NCBI GenBank assembly: GCA_019510465.1
Contig: JAEKKH010000145.1
Location: 3,963-67,962, forward strand
DNA from: Burkholderiales bacterium
Lineage (GTDB): Bacteria; Pseudomonadota; Gammaproteobacteria; Burkholderiales; Burkholderiaceae_C
DNA length: 64,000 nucleotides
Direction: 5' to 3'
Below the pieces are notes generated by a model, which was not told where the DNA came from, did not search any database, and was given only the letters and a program-made list of their open reading frames with translations. Each line of letters starts with the position of its first letter. Positions within the stretch are counted from its first letter, which is position 1. Below, piece after piece: positions 18,144-28,148 of the stretch. The position numbers and the translations under genes were made by a program.

Positions 18144-18875
18144 ATGCCCCCCCGCAAGTCCGACTCCGAGACGCACGATTTCGCGCGCCCGCTCACCACC
18201 GTCGACATCCTGATCTTCACGGTGATCGACGACGCGCTGAAGCTGCTGCTCGTTCAGCGCCCGAGCGTTGCCGACGAGCCGTTTCCCGGGCTGTGGGCGT
18301 TGCCCGGCGGCTTCGTCGACATCGACCGTGACGCCGACCTCGAGGCCTGCGCGCGCCGCAAGCTGCGCGACAAGACCGGCGTCGCCAGCCCCTACCTCGA
18401 ACAGCTGGGCAGCTGGGGCAGCGCGGCGCGCGACCCGCGCGGCTGGTCCGCCACGCATGCGTACTTCGCGCTGTTGCCGGCGGACGGCGTGGCGCCGGCC
18501 AAGGGCGCGAACGCCGCCGACGTCGCGTGGTTCGGCGTCGACGACCCGCAGCTCGCGAGGAAGAGGTTCGCGTTCGACCATGCCGCCATCTTGCGTGCCG
18601 GCGTCGAGCGGCTGCGCAGCAAGGTCGAGTACACCTCGCTGCCGGCCTACCTGCTGGCCGAGCCCTTCACGCTGCCGCAGCTGCAGCGCACGTACGAGAT
18701 CGTGCTCGGCCGGCCGGTCGACAAGAGCGGCTTCCGGACCCGCATGCTGGCCGCCGATTTCCTGGCCGAGGTCGGCATCGTCGAGAGCGATTCGAACCGC
18801 CCGCCGATGGGTTACCGGCTGAAGGATCGCGCGAGGCCGGTGCTCTTCCCGCGCACGTTCAGCCCACGGGGATGA
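18144..18875 (+). CDS. nrtR: Nudix-related transcriptional regulator (Nudix + wHTH)
   Basis: TVDILIF, WALPGGFV, degenerate Nudix box, RDPRGWS, FDH, FTLPQLQRTYE...DKSGFR. Confidence 0.88.
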   Translation: MPPRKSDSETHDFARPLTTVDILIFTVIDDALKLLLVQRPSVADEPFPGLWALPGGFVDIDRDADLEACARRKLRDKTGVASPYLEQLGSWGSAARDPRGWSATHAYFALLPADGVAPAKGANAADVAWFGVDDPQLARKRFAFDHAAILRAGVERLRSKVEYTSLPAYLLAEPFTLPQLQRTYEIVLGRPVDKSGFRTRMLAADFLAEVGIVESDSNRPPMGYRLKDRARPVLFPRTFSPRG

Positions 18876-18977
18876 GGCCGCGGAGGAACTCTGACGAACT
18901 GCCCACGACCCGGCCGCAACCAGGCGTGGCGCGGCTCGAGCTCCATTCGGTGCGGAGCACGGCCGCGGAAGCCGCGC

Positions 18978-19844
18978 TCAGCCGTGGCCCGGCGTCCTGC
19001 CGATCCGGTCGAGCCGGTCGAACTCCTCGACCGTCAGCTCGATGTCGCGCGCCTTGGCGTTCTCCTCCAGGTGCGGGACCTTCGACGTGCCCGGAATCGG
19101 GATGATGACGGGGCTGCGCTGCAGCAGCCAGGCGACCGCGACCTGGCTGGGCGTCGCGCCATGGGCGTGCGCGATCGCGTCGAGCGCCGCCGTGCCCTCG
19201 CGCGTGAGCTCGCCCGCCGCCAGCGGGTACCAGGGGATGAAGCCGATGCCGTGCGCCTCGCAGTAGTCCAGCACGTCCTCGCTGCCGCGGTCGGCGAAGT
19301 TGTAGCGGTTCTGCACCGTGGCCACCGGGAAGACCTGGGAAGCGGCCGCTATCTGCTCGACCGTCACCTCGCTCAGCCCCGCGTGCTCGATGACGCCGTC
19401 GTCCAGCAGCAGGCGCACCGCATCGAACTGCTCGTCGCGCGGCACCCTGGAATCGATGCGGTGCAGCTGCCACAGCGAGATCCGGTCGACGCCCAGTCGC
19501 TCGCGGCTGGCATGCGCCTCGCTGACCAGGTGGCTCGGGTTGCCGTTCTGGGTCCACACGTCGGGCCCGCTGCGTTCCAGGCCGCCCTTGGTGGCGATGA
19601 CGACGTCGGTGTAGGGATAGAGCGCCTCGCGGATCAATTCCTCGGACACGTGCGGTCCGTACGAGTTGGCGGTGTCGATGAAGTCGATGCCCAGCTCGGG
19701 CACGCGGCGCAGCGTCGCGAGCGCGCCGGCGCGATCCGCCGGCGGGCCCCAGATGCCCTTGCCGGTGATGCGCATGGCGCCGAAGCCCAGGCGATGGATC
19801 TCGAGGTCGCCGCCGATGCGGAACGTGGAGGAATGCTTGGCCAT
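18978..19844 (-). CDS. Aldo/keto reductase
   Basis: [40 protein letters not shown]. Confidence 0.92.
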   Translation of the reverse strand: MAKHSSTFRIGGDLEIHRLGFGAMRITGKGIWGPPADRAGALATLRRVPELGIDFIDTANSYGPHVSEELIREALYPYTDVVIATKGGLERSGPDVWTQNGNPSHLVSEAHASRERLGVDRISLWQLHRIDSRVPRDEQFDAVRLLLDDGVIEHAGLSEVTVEQIAAASQVFPVATVQNRYNFADRGSEDVLDYCEAHGIGFIPWYPLAAGELTREGTAALDAIAHAHGATPSQVAVAWLLQRSPVIIPIPGTSKVPHLEENAKARDIELTVEEFDRLDRIGRTPGHG

Positions 19845-19865
19845 GGAGGTCGTCCTGTAGTTGAC

Positions 19866-20077
19866 GGGGTCGGGTCTCGCCGTGGGGTCAGGTCTCGCCG
19901 AGGGGTCAGGTCTTGAAAGTTGCGCGGCAAGGCGTTGGCGATCGTCATGCGGCGTAGCGCGCAACTTTCAAGACCTGACCCCATTGCCGCAGCCTTGGCC
20001 CGCAACTTTCAAGACCTGACCCTGATGCCGACCTCGATGCCAACGCCTTGCCGCGCAAAAGGGCAAGACTTGAGACC
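19866..20077. repeat. REP-like cluster of GGGGTCAGGTCTTG / CAAGACCTGACCCC units
   Basis: 18-bp-period tandem units at 19866, 19884, 19902; perfect 25-bp inverted repeat 19902-19926 / 19958-19982; extra copy 20001-20022; second 20-bp inverted repeat 19920-19939 / 20039-20058. Confidence 0.8.
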
Positions 20078-20133
20078 GCGCTTCAGTATGGCCAGGCCCC
20101 GCGAGACGTGCGCGGATGGGGTCTTCCAGCCGC

Positions 20134-21870
20134 TCAGGCGGACGCCGCCTTCGCGTCGAGCGCGGCCAGGTGCTGGTGGATCAGCGCCACCGCGGCCGCG
20201 CCGTCGCCGATCGCGCCGCCCACGCGCTTGACGGAGCCGGCGCGCACGTCGCCCACCGCGAACGCGCCGCGCACGCTGGTCTCGAACGGGTTGGGCACGC
20301 GTCCCGGCTTGACGTGGCCGTCGGCGCCGGAGGCGGCCTCCACGCCGGTCAGCACGAAGCCGTGCTTGTCGACGGCGACGCCGCAGCCTTCCAGCCAGCG
20401 CGTCTCGGGGTCGGCACCGACGAACAGGAAGACGTTGCGCAGCTCGCATTCGTGCACCTGCCCGTCCCGGCCGCCCTGGCGCCACTTCACGCTGGACAGG
20501 CCCGAGGGCAGCTGGCCCTGCAGCTCCACGAGCTCGGTGTTCGCCCACAGCCGGATGTTGGGCGTGGCCTCGATGCGGTCGATCAGGTAGCGCGACATGC
20601 TGGCCGCCAGGCCCGGTCCGCGGACCATCATGTGCACCTTCTCGGCATGCGCCGACAGGAACACCGCGGCCTGCCCGGCCGAGTTGCCTCCGCCCACCAG
20701 CACGATCTCGCAGCCGGCGCACATCTTGGCCTCCAGGCCCGAGGCCCAGTACCAGACGCCGCGGCCCTCGAACTCCTCGATGCGCCCCAGCGCCGGCCGG
20801 CGATAGCGCGCGCCGCTGGCGCACACGAGGCTGCGCCCGCGCAGGCGGCGGCCGTCGGCGAGGTGGATCGCGAAGACGCCCTCGCTCTCCGCCTTCGAGC
20901 AGTCGAGCGACACGACCTCGGCCGGGATGATCATCTTGGCCCCGAACTTCTGCGCCTGGATGAACGCGCGCCCGGCCAGCGCCTGGCCCGAGATGCCGGT
21001 GGGAAAGCCGAGGTAGTTCTCGATGCGAGCGCTGGCGCCGGCCTGGCCTCCGAACGCGCGGCAGTCGACCACCGCCACGCGCAGGCCCTCCGACGCCGCG
21101 TATACCGCCGTCGACAGGCCGGACGGGCCGGCGCCCACCACCAGGACGTCGAAGACCCGCTCGCAGACGCGGTCGTCGATCATGCCGAGCGCGGTGGCCA
21201 GCTGCGTCTCGCTCGGGTCGACCAGCACCGTGCCGTCGGGCGTGACGGCCACCGCCTCGGCCCTGGAGGCGCCGTACTGCACGAGCAGCTGCGCGGCCAC
21301 CGGGTCGGCCTCGCCGGTGACGACATGGTGCGGCTGGCCGTTGCGCCGCAGGAAGGTCTGCAGCCGCAGCACCGAGGCCGAGCCTTCGGCACCGATGAGC
21401 GTGGCGCCGCTCGCGCCCGCCTGGATCAGCGACACGCGGCGCAGGATCAGCGCCCGCATGATGCGCTCCCCGAGGTCGGCCTCCGCGATGATCAGGGCAC
21501 GCAGCTGGTCGGGCACCACGAGCCAGCCCTCGACGTCGCCGACCGCCCGCGCGTCCACCAGCGACGTGCCGCCGTACAGCGTGCCGGCCTCGGCCAGGAA
21601 CTCGCCGGGCTCGTAGTCGTGGTAGGGCACGGTGCGGCCCAGGCCGTCGCGCTGCACGACGCTCACGCCGCCCTTGACCAGCAGGAACAGGCCGCGCGAC
21701 TTCTCGCCCGCCTGGATCAGGAATTCGCCGTCGGCGAACCGCCGCAGGTCGCCGAAGCGCTGCACGCGCAGGATGTCGACGGCGTTGAGCACCGGGAACA
21801 TCTGGTACGCGCGGTTGGGGTCGGGCTGCTGGCCCGGGGCGGGGGCGACGAAGGTGGGCGGTTGATCCAC
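20134..21870 (-). CDS. Cyclic-nucleotide-binding domain fused to thioredoxin-reductase-like FAD oxidoreductase
   Basis: N-terminal CNB fold (GEFLAE); GAGPSG, GGQAG..ARIENYLGFP, GGGNSAGQAA, FAVGDVRAGSVKRV. Confidence 0.88.
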   Translation of the reverse strand: MDQPPTFVAPAPGQQPDPNRAYQMFPVLNAVDILRVQRFGDLRRFADGEFLIQAGEKSRGLFLLVKGGVSVVQRDGLGRTVPYHDYEPGEFLAEAGTLYGGTSLVDARAVGDVEGWLVVPDQLRALIIAEADLGERIMRALILRRVSLIQAGASGATLIGAEGSASVLRLQTFLRRNGQPHHVVTGEADPVAAQLLVQYGASRAEAVAVTPDGTVLVDPSETQLATALGMIDDRVCERVFDVLVVGAGPSGLSTAVYAASEGLRVAVVDCRAFGGQAGASARIENYLGFPTGISGQALAGRAFIQAQKFGAKMIIPAEVVSLDCSKAESEGVFAIHLADGRRLRGRSLVCASGARYRRPALGRIEEFEGRGVWYWASGLEAKMCAGCEIVLVGGGNSAGQAAVFLSAHAEKVHMMVRGPGLAASMSRYLIDRIEATPNIRLWANTELVELQGQLPSGLSSVKWRQGGRDGQVHECELRNVFLFVGADPETRWLEGCGVAVDKHGFVLTGVEAASGADGHVKPGRVPNPFETSVRGAFAVGDVRAGSVKRVGGAIGDGAAAVALIHQHLAALDAKAASA

Positions 21871-22009
21871 GGGCGGCTCCGGATGGCGTCACTGGAAGCC
21901 TGGACTGTCGCATGACGGCGCCGGTCCTGCATCGTCCCGGGCACGTACCCGAACGGGGCACGGGGCTTGCCGCCGCATCGGCTCGAACCACCCCGGGGGA
22001 ATACGCGCC

Positions 22010-24298
22010 ATGGCCCAGGACGAAGACATCCACATCGAACCCTTCACGCATGCCGCGGGCGGCTGGACCTCGGTCAAGGAGGTGGCGCACGCGCTCAAGG
22101 AGGCGCATATCCCGCTGGACGGCACGCGCGTGCTGCTCAAGCAGAACAAGCCGGACGGCTTCGCGTGCGTCAGCTGCTCGTGGGCGAAGCCCGCCGACCC
22201 GCATCCGGCCGAATTCTGCGAGCACGGCGCCAAGGCCACGGCATGGGAGCTCACCACCGACCGCTGCACGCCGGAGTTCTTCGCGAAGCACACGCTCGGC
22301 GAGCTCGAGTCCTGGACCGAGCTGGAGCTGGAATCGCAGGGCCGGCTCACGGCGCCGCTGCGCTGGGACGCGGCGACCGACAAGTACGTCGAGGTCTCGT
22401 GGGACGAGGCCTTCGCCGACATCGGCGCGCGGCTGAAGGCGCTCGAGCCCAGGTCGGTCGTGTTCTACACGTCGGGCCGCGCGTCGCTGGAAGCCTCGTA
22501 CATGTACGCGCTGATGGCGCGGCTGTACGGCACGAACAACCTGCCCGACAGCTCCAACATGTGCCACGAGAGCACCTCCGTCGGCCTGCCTGGGAGCATC
22601 GGCGTGCCGGTGGGCACCGCGCAGCTGGAGGACTTCAAGCAGTGCGACTGCATCTTCATCATGGGCCACAACATCGGCACCAACGCGCCGCGCATGCTGC
22701 ACGACCTGCAGGAATGCCGCGAGCGCGGCGTGCCCATCCTCGTGTTCAACCCGCTGCGCGAAGTGGGCCTGGTGCGCTTTGCCAACCCGCTGAAGCCGGG
22801 CCAGATGGTCACCCCGGCCGACACGGCGATGAACACGCAGTACCTCCAGCTCAAGCCCGGCGGCGACCTCGCGGCGCTCACGGGCCTGTGCAAGGCGATC
22901 GTCGCGCTGGACGACCAGGCGCGCGAGGCGGGCGACGACGCCGTCGTCGACCACGCGTTCGTCGAGCAGCACACGCAGGGTTTCGAGGCGTTCTGCCTGC
23001 ACCTGCGCCAGGTCGAGTGGCCCGCCATCGAGGAGACCAGTGGCCTCGCGCGCGCGGCGATCGAATCGGCCGCGGCGGTGATCGGCCGCAGCAAGCGCGT
23101 GGTCGGCGTCTACGGCATGGGCCTGACGCAGCACAAGTCGGGCGTGGCCAACGTGCAGATGGTGGCCAACCTGCTGCTGCTGGGCGGCAACATCGGCAAG
23201 CCGGGCGCCGGCATCCTGCCGGTGCGCGGGCACTCCAACGTGCAGGGCCAGCGCACGGTGGGCATCACCGAGAAGCCGGAGCACGTGCCTGCGGACAAGC
23301 TCAAGGAACTGTTCGACTTCGACATCCCGAAGGACAAGGGCCTGACGACGGTCGAGACCTGCAAGGGCCTGGCCGACGGCTCGGTCCAGGCGATCGTCGC
23401 CCTGGGCGGCAACCTGCTGCGCGCGGTGCCGGACGGCCCGGTCGTCGAACGCGGCTGGCGCCGGATGAAGCTGAGCGTGCAGGTGGCCACCAAGCTCAAC
23501 CGCAGCCACGTCGTGCACGGCGAGGCGGCGTACCTGCTGCCCTGCCTGGGACGCATCGAGATCGATCGCCAGGGCGGCGTCGAGCAGGCGGTGTCGATGG
23601 AGGACTCCACCGGCTGCATGCACGGCTCGCGCGGCGTGGCCGAGCCGGCCAGCGACAGGCTGTTGTCGGAGCCGGCGATCGTCGCGGGCATCGCCAAGGC
23701 GACACTGCGCCCGAACAAGGTGCCCTGGGACGCGTGGGTGGCCGACTACGCCAAGGTGCGCGAGGCGATCGCGAAGACCTACCCCGAGATCTTCCACGAC
23801 TTCGAGCAGCGCATGTGGCAGCCCGGCGGCTTCCACCGGCCGCTCGGCGCCTGCCATCGCGAGTGGAAGACGCCCAACGGCAAGGCCAACTTCATCGTGC
23901 CGCCGACGCTGGAGGAGGACGACGACATGACCGCGCGCGGCCCGGACGTGATCCGCCTGACCACGCTGCGCAGCTTCGACCAGTTCAACACCACGGTCTA
24001 CGGCCTGCACGACCGCTTCCGCGGCATCCACGGCACGCGCCACGTCCTGATGATGAACGACGAGGACATCGCGCGCCTGGGCTTCGCCGACGGGCAGCTG
24101 GTGCGCGCGAGCACCGCCGCCAACGACGGCGTCAGGCGCGAGGTGCCGGGACTGCGCATCGTGCGCTACGACATCCCGCGCGGCTGCGCGGCCGGCTATT
24201 TCCCCGAGCTGACGCCGCTGGTGCCGCTGTGGCACCACGCGGTCGGCAGCCAGGTGCCGGCGTACAAGTCGGTGCCGATCCGGCTGCAGGCGATGTGA
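22010..24298 (+). CDS. FdhF/YdeP family molybdopterin oxidoreductase
   Basis: QNKPDGFACVSC, EFCEHGAKA, NLPDSSNMCHE, RGHSNVQG, LRSFDQFNTTVY. Confidence 0.92.
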   Translation: MAQDEDIHIEPFTHAAGGWTSVKEVAHALKEAHIPLDGTRVLLKQNKPDGFACVSCSWAKPADPHPAEFCEHGAKATAWELTTDRCTPEFFAKHTLGELESWTELELESQGRLTAPLRWDAATDKYVEVSWDEAFADIGARLKALEPRSVVFYTSGRASLEASYMYALMARLYGTNNLPDSSNMCHESTSVGLPGSIGVPVGTAQLEDFKQCDCIFIMGHNIGTNAPRMLHDLQECRERGVPILVFNPLREVGLVRFANPLKPGQMVTPADTAMNTQYLQLKPGGDLAALTGLCKAIVALDDQAREAGDDAVVDHAFVEQHTQGFEAFCLHLRQVEWPAIEETSGLARAAIESAAAVIGRSKRVVGVYGMGLTQHKSGVANVQMVANLLLLGGNIGKPGAGILPVRGHSNVQGQRTVGITEKPEHVPADKLKELFDFDIPKDKGLTTVETCKGLADGSVQAIVALGGNLLRAVPDGPVVERGWRRMKLSVQVATKLNRSHVVHGEAAYLLPCLGRIEIDRQGGVEQAVSMEDSTGCMHGSRGVAEPASDRLLSEPAIVAGIAKATLRPNKVPWDAWVADYAKVREAIAKTYPEIFHDFEQRMWQPGGFHRPLGACHREWKTPNGKANFIVPPTLEEDDDMTARGPDVIRLTTLRSFDQFNTTVYGLHDRFRGIHGTRHVLMMNDEDIARLGFADGQLVRASTAANDGVRREVPGLRIVRYDIPRGCAAGYFPELTPLVPLWHHAVGSQVPAYKSVPIRLQAM

Positions 24299-24578
24299 GG
24301 CGACGCGATCGACGAGGCCTTGGCGAGGCCGAGGGCGAATCGAGCCGCGGTTCGCCGCGCCTGTCGCCGCGTCGGTGAAAGGCAGGCTTGCCGCGGCAGC
24401 AGGACGGGGAGCGAACGACTCGCCTGGCGGCATTTCAGGGTGATCCCTGAGACGCGGCTCAGCCCCGGTTCAGGCAAGGCCTCGCGCAACGCGACTTTGC
24501 CTTCCAGCAACGCGGGCAGTGTCAACATCGCCGGTGGAGCTGCCGTTTAATGGGCAGCCTCCTCCACGTCCGCCGCCG

Positions 24579-26273
24579 ATGACCCTGCCGACCGCCCTTC
24601 CGATGACCCGCCGCGGCGCGCTCGCCGCCGCCCTGGCCGCGGTGGCCTGGCGCCCGGCCTTCGCCATGGCGGACGCCGGCGCCGGCCAGGCCGAGGCGCT
24701 GCACGTGCTCGATCGCTTCGCCTTCGGCCCCGCGCCCGGCGAGCTGGAGCGCGTCACGCGCATCGGCGCGGGCGCGTGGGTCGACGAGCAGCTTCATCCC
24801 GAACGGCTGGCGCTGCCGGCATGGCTGGCCGACCAGCTTGCCACGCTGCGCACGCCCGGGCAGACGCAGCGCGAGCTGGTCCAGCGCTACCGCGAGGCGC
24901 AGCGCGAGGCCCGCGAGGCGAAGAAGGCCGAGACGGCCGCCCCGGACGGCACGAAGGCGCCCGATCCGGCCGCGGCCGAACGCCGCCGCCAGGCCGCCCT
25001 CGTCGCCTACGAGTCCGGCGAGCAACGCCTGCTGCAGGCGCTGCACAGCCCGCGCCAGCTGCAGGAGGTGCTGGTCGACTTCTGGTTCAACCACTTCAAC
25101 GTGTTCCAGGGCAAGGGCGAGGATCGCGTGCTGGTGGAGAGCTACGAGCGCGAGGCGATCCGCCCGCACGTGCTGGGCCGCTTCCGCGCGATGCTGGGCG
25201 CCACCGCCAAGCATCCGGCGATGCTGTTCTACCTCGACAACTGGCTGTCGGTGGCGCCGGGTTTCCAGCCGCGTCGCAAGGCCGGCCTGTTCGGCGGCGG
25301 CGGCGCGGCCAAGGCCGGCGGCCTCAACGAGAACTACGCCCGCGAGCTGATGGAGCTGCACACGCTCGGCGTCGACGGCGGCTACACGCAGCAGGACGTC
25401 ACGGAGCTGGCGCGCATCCTCACCGGCTGGACGATGCGGCCGCAGCAGCCGGCGCGCCGGCGTTTCGCCGAAGCGCCGGAGGCGCCGGCCGGCACGCGCG
25501 GCGATTCGATCTTCGTCTTCGATTCCGCGCGCCACGACGACGGCGCGAAGACCTGGCTGGGCCGCCGCATCGCGCCGGACGGCCAGCTCGAAGGCGAGCT
25601 CGCGCTCGACGTGCTGGCGAAACATCCGTCCACCGCCCGCCACATCGCGTTCAAGCTCGCGCGCCGCTTCGTGGCCGACGATCCACCGCCGGCGCTCGTC
25701 GAGCGCCTGGCGCGCTGCTTCCTCGACACCGACGGCGACCTGCGCGCGGTGGTGCAGGCGCTGGCCCGCAGCCCGGAGTTCGCCGACCCCGCGCCCACCA
25801 AGTTCAAGACGCCCTACCAGTACGTGCTGTCGGCGGTGCGCGCGACGGGCATCGTCACGACCAACGTGCGCCCACTGATGGGCCAGCTCGCGCAGCTGGG
25901 CCAGCCGCTGTACGGTTGCCAGACGCCCGACGGCTGGCATGACACGCAGGCCGACTGGCTCAACCCGAACGCGATCACGCAGCGCGTGAACTTCGCCACC
26001 GCGCTGGCCGCGGGCAAGCTGCCGTTGCAGCGCGTCGACGATCCCGACGCGCTCGCGGGCAACAATGGCCTGAAGACGATGGAGCGCCAGACCGACCGCG
26101 CCATGAACGGCAGCCAACCCATCGAGGGGTCCACGCCACCCGTCGACGCCGCCACGCTGCTGGCGACGCTCGGCCCCGCGATCTCGGACAAGACGCGGCG
26201 CGCCGTCGAGAACACGCCACCCGAGCTGCGCGCCGCGCTGGTGCTGGGCAGCCCCGACTTCATGCGGCGTTGA
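24579..26273 (+). CDS. DUF1800 family protein (Tat-like signal)
   Basis: TRRGAL; DFWFNHFNV, MLFYLDN, NENYARELMELHTLG; start codon uncertain. Confidence 0.9.
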   Translation: MTLPTALPMTRRGALAAALAAVAWRPAFAMADAGAGQAEALHVLDRFAFGPAPGELERVTRIGAGAWVDEQLHPERLALPAWLADQLATLRTPGQTQRELVQRYREAQREAREAKKAETAAPDGTKAPDPAAAERRRQAALVAYESGEQRLLQALHSPRQLQEVLVDFWFNHFNVFQGKGEDRVLVESYEREAIRPHVLGRFRAMLGATAKHPAMLFYLDNWLSVAPGFQPRRKAGLFGGGGAAKAGGLNENYARELMELHTLGVDGGYTQQDVTELARILTGWTMRPQQPARRRFAEAPEAPAGTRGDSIFVFDSARHDDGAKTWLGRRIAPDGQLEGELALDVLAKHPSTARHIAFKLARRFVADDPPPALVERLARCFLDTDGDLRAVVQALARSPEFADPAPTKFKTPYQYVLSAVRATGIVTTNVRPLMGQLAQLGQPLYGCQTPDGWHDTQADWLNPNAITQRVNFATALAAGKLPLQRVDDPDALAGNNGLKTMERQTDRAMNGSQPIEGSTPPVDAATLLATLGPAISDKTRRAVENTPPELRAALVLGSPDFMRR

Positions 26274-26284
26274 AGGAGCCGTCG

Positions 26285-27541
26285 ATGCAACGCAGACAAG
26301 TTCTCAAGTCGGCCGCCGGCGCACTCGCCTGGACCGCGGTGGGCCGCACGGCGTTCGCCGCCACCGGCAACGCGACCCTGCCCGGCAACCGGCGCCTGGT
26401 GGTCGTGTTCCTGCGCGGCGCGGTCGACGGCCTCAGCGTCGTCGCGCCGTATACGGAAGGGGCGTATTACCAGCAGCGCTCGACGATCGCGCTGGCGCGC
26501 CCGGGCCAGGACGGCGGCCTGCTGGATCTCGACGGCCACTTCGGCCTCAACCCGAACCTCGCGCCGCTGATGCCGCTGTGGCAGTCGGGCAAGCTGGCGT
26601 TCGTGCACGCGTCGGGCTCCCCCGACCCGACCCGTTCGCACTTCGACGCGCAGGACTACATGGAATCGGGCACGCCGGGCCGCAAGGGCACGCCCGACGG
26701 CTGGCTCAACCGGCTGCTGGGCGCCGAACCCGCGGCGGTCGCGCCGGCGGGCGGGCGCGCGAGCGTCACGCGCGGGATCAGCGTGGGCGCGACGCTGCCG
26801 CGCATCTGGGCCGGACCGAACCCGGTGGCCAACATCGCCAACGGCAAGGGCGCCACGAAGCCCACGCCGCTCGATCGCCCGCAGGTCGGCCAGGCCTTCG
26901 ACGCGCTGTACGCCGGCGACGACGCCCTGTCGAAGGCGTACCGCGAGTCCCGCCAGTCGCGCGCCGAGGTCAACGAGGCGATGAGCGCCGACGTCCGTGA
27001 GCAGATGGCGGCCGACAACGGCGCGCCCCTGCCCAACGGCTTTCCCGACGACGCCGGCCGCCTCGCGCAGCTGATGCGGCGCGACCCGAACGTGCAGATC
27101 GCGTTCCTCGCGCTCGGAGGCTGGGACACGCACGTCAACCAGGGCGGCGCGAAAGGCCAGCTCGCCAACCGGCTGCAGCCGCTGGGCCAGGGCCTGGCCG
27201 AGTTCGCCACGCGCCTGGGGCCCGCGTTCGACGACACCACGGTGCTCGTGCTGTCCGAGTTCGGCCGCACCGCGCGCCAGAACGGCACCGGCGGCACCGA
27301 CCACGGCCACGGCAACGTGATGTGGGCGCTCGGCGGCAACATCGCCGGCGGCAAGGTCTACGGCCGCTGGCCGGGCGTCGACGCGTCCGCGCTCCATGAA
27401 GGGCGCGACCTCGCGATCACCACCGACTTCCGCCAGGTGCTCGCCGGCGTGTGCATGAACAACCTGCGCCTGCCGGACGACCGTCTCGCCACGGTGTTCC
27501 CCGGCTTCGACGGCGCGGCGCTGAACATCGCGCGGGCTTGA
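26285..27541 (+). CDS. DUF1501 family protein (Tat signal)
   Basis: QRRQVLK; FLRGAVDGL, RSHFDAQ, GGWDTH, SEFGRT, GTDHGHG. Confidence 0.92.
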   Translation: MQRRQVLKSAAGALAWTAVGRTAFAATGNATLPGNRRLVVVFLRGAVDGLSVVAPYTEGAYYQQRSTIALARPGQDGGLLDLDGHFGLNPNLAPLMPLWQSGKLAFVHASGSPDPTRSHFDAQDYMESGTPGRKGTPDGWLNRLLGAEPAAVAPAGGRASVTRGISVGATLPRIWAGPNPVANIANGKGATKPTPLDRPQVGQAFDALYAGDDALSKAYRESRQSRAEVNEAMSADVREQMAADNGAPLPNGFPDDAGRLAQLMRRDPNVQIAFLALGGWDTHVNQGGAKGQLANRLQPLGQGLAEFATRLGPAFDDTTVLVLSEFGRTARQNGTGGTDHGHGNVMWALGGNIAGGKVYGRWPGVDASALHEGRDLAITTDFRQVLAGVCMNNLRLPDDRLATVFPGFDGAALNIARA

Positions 27542-27665
27542 GCGACCGCCCGGGAACGGGACGACAGCGGCGCCCGCCTCCGGCGCTGCCCGAACGCCGC
27601 GCGGGGCGCGCGGGAACTTGCGAGCGGTGAGAATCGCCATCCCATCCACCGCGAGCCGCAAGATC

Positions 27666-27968
27666 ATGATCCTCGAACACGCCGACATCACCATCGCCCC
27701 GGGCAGGAACGCCGACTTCGAGGAAGCGATCCAGCGCGGCATCGCCACCGTCATCTCCGCCGCCAGGGGCTTCGTCGACGCGCAGGTGCACAAGGGCATC
27801 GAGTCGCCCGAGCGCTACATCCTGACGATCCACTGGGAGACGCTGGAGAACCACACCGTCGATTTCCGCGGCGGTCCGTTGTTTCCGGCCTGGCGCGCGA
27901 TCGTCGGCCCGTTCTTCGCGAAGCCGCCGGTGGTGGAGCATTTCGAGCTGGTCACCAACCCGGGCTGA
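27666..27968 (+). CDS. Antibiotic biosynthesis monooxygenase (ABM) family protein
   Basis: MILEHADITI...IESPERY...WETLENHTVDFR. Confidence 0.88.
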   Translation: MILEHADITIAPGRNADFEEAIQRGIATVISAARGFVDAQVHKGIESPERYILTIHWETLENHTVDFRGGPLFPAWRAIVGPFFAKPPVVEHFELVTNPG

Positions 27969-28006
27969 GGCCGGCCACCTTGGCCGCTTCACCGCGTGGC
28001 GCCTCT

Positions 28007-28104
28007 CCGTGCCATCCTGCGCGCAGTCGAAGGGTCCGCGCGTCGACAGGCGCGTCCGCTGACGTGGATCCTGCACCTGCGCTTCGCTTCGCGCGGGATG
28101 ACGG
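28007..28104. repeat. Degenerate GTCATCC...GGATGAC-type extragenic palindrome (REP-like)
   Basis: 5' arm GCCATCCTGCGCGCAGTCGAAGGGTCC pairs imperfectly with 3' arm GGATCCTGCACCTG...CGCGCGGGATGAC; lies between convergent genes. Confidence 0.55.
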
Positions 28105-28148
28105 CCAGGTCGTGCTTCGCGCAGCAGGCCTGCCGGAGCCAGGCGCCA

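Noticed and set aside
19866-20077. Possible CRISPR array
   Set aside because: Repeats occur in both orientations with irregular spacing and no unique uniform spacers; no cas genes in the window.
24435-24462. Palindrome TCAGGG-TGAT-CCCTGA and adjacent short hairpin
   Set aside because: Single occurrence with no cognate regulator identified; could be chance.
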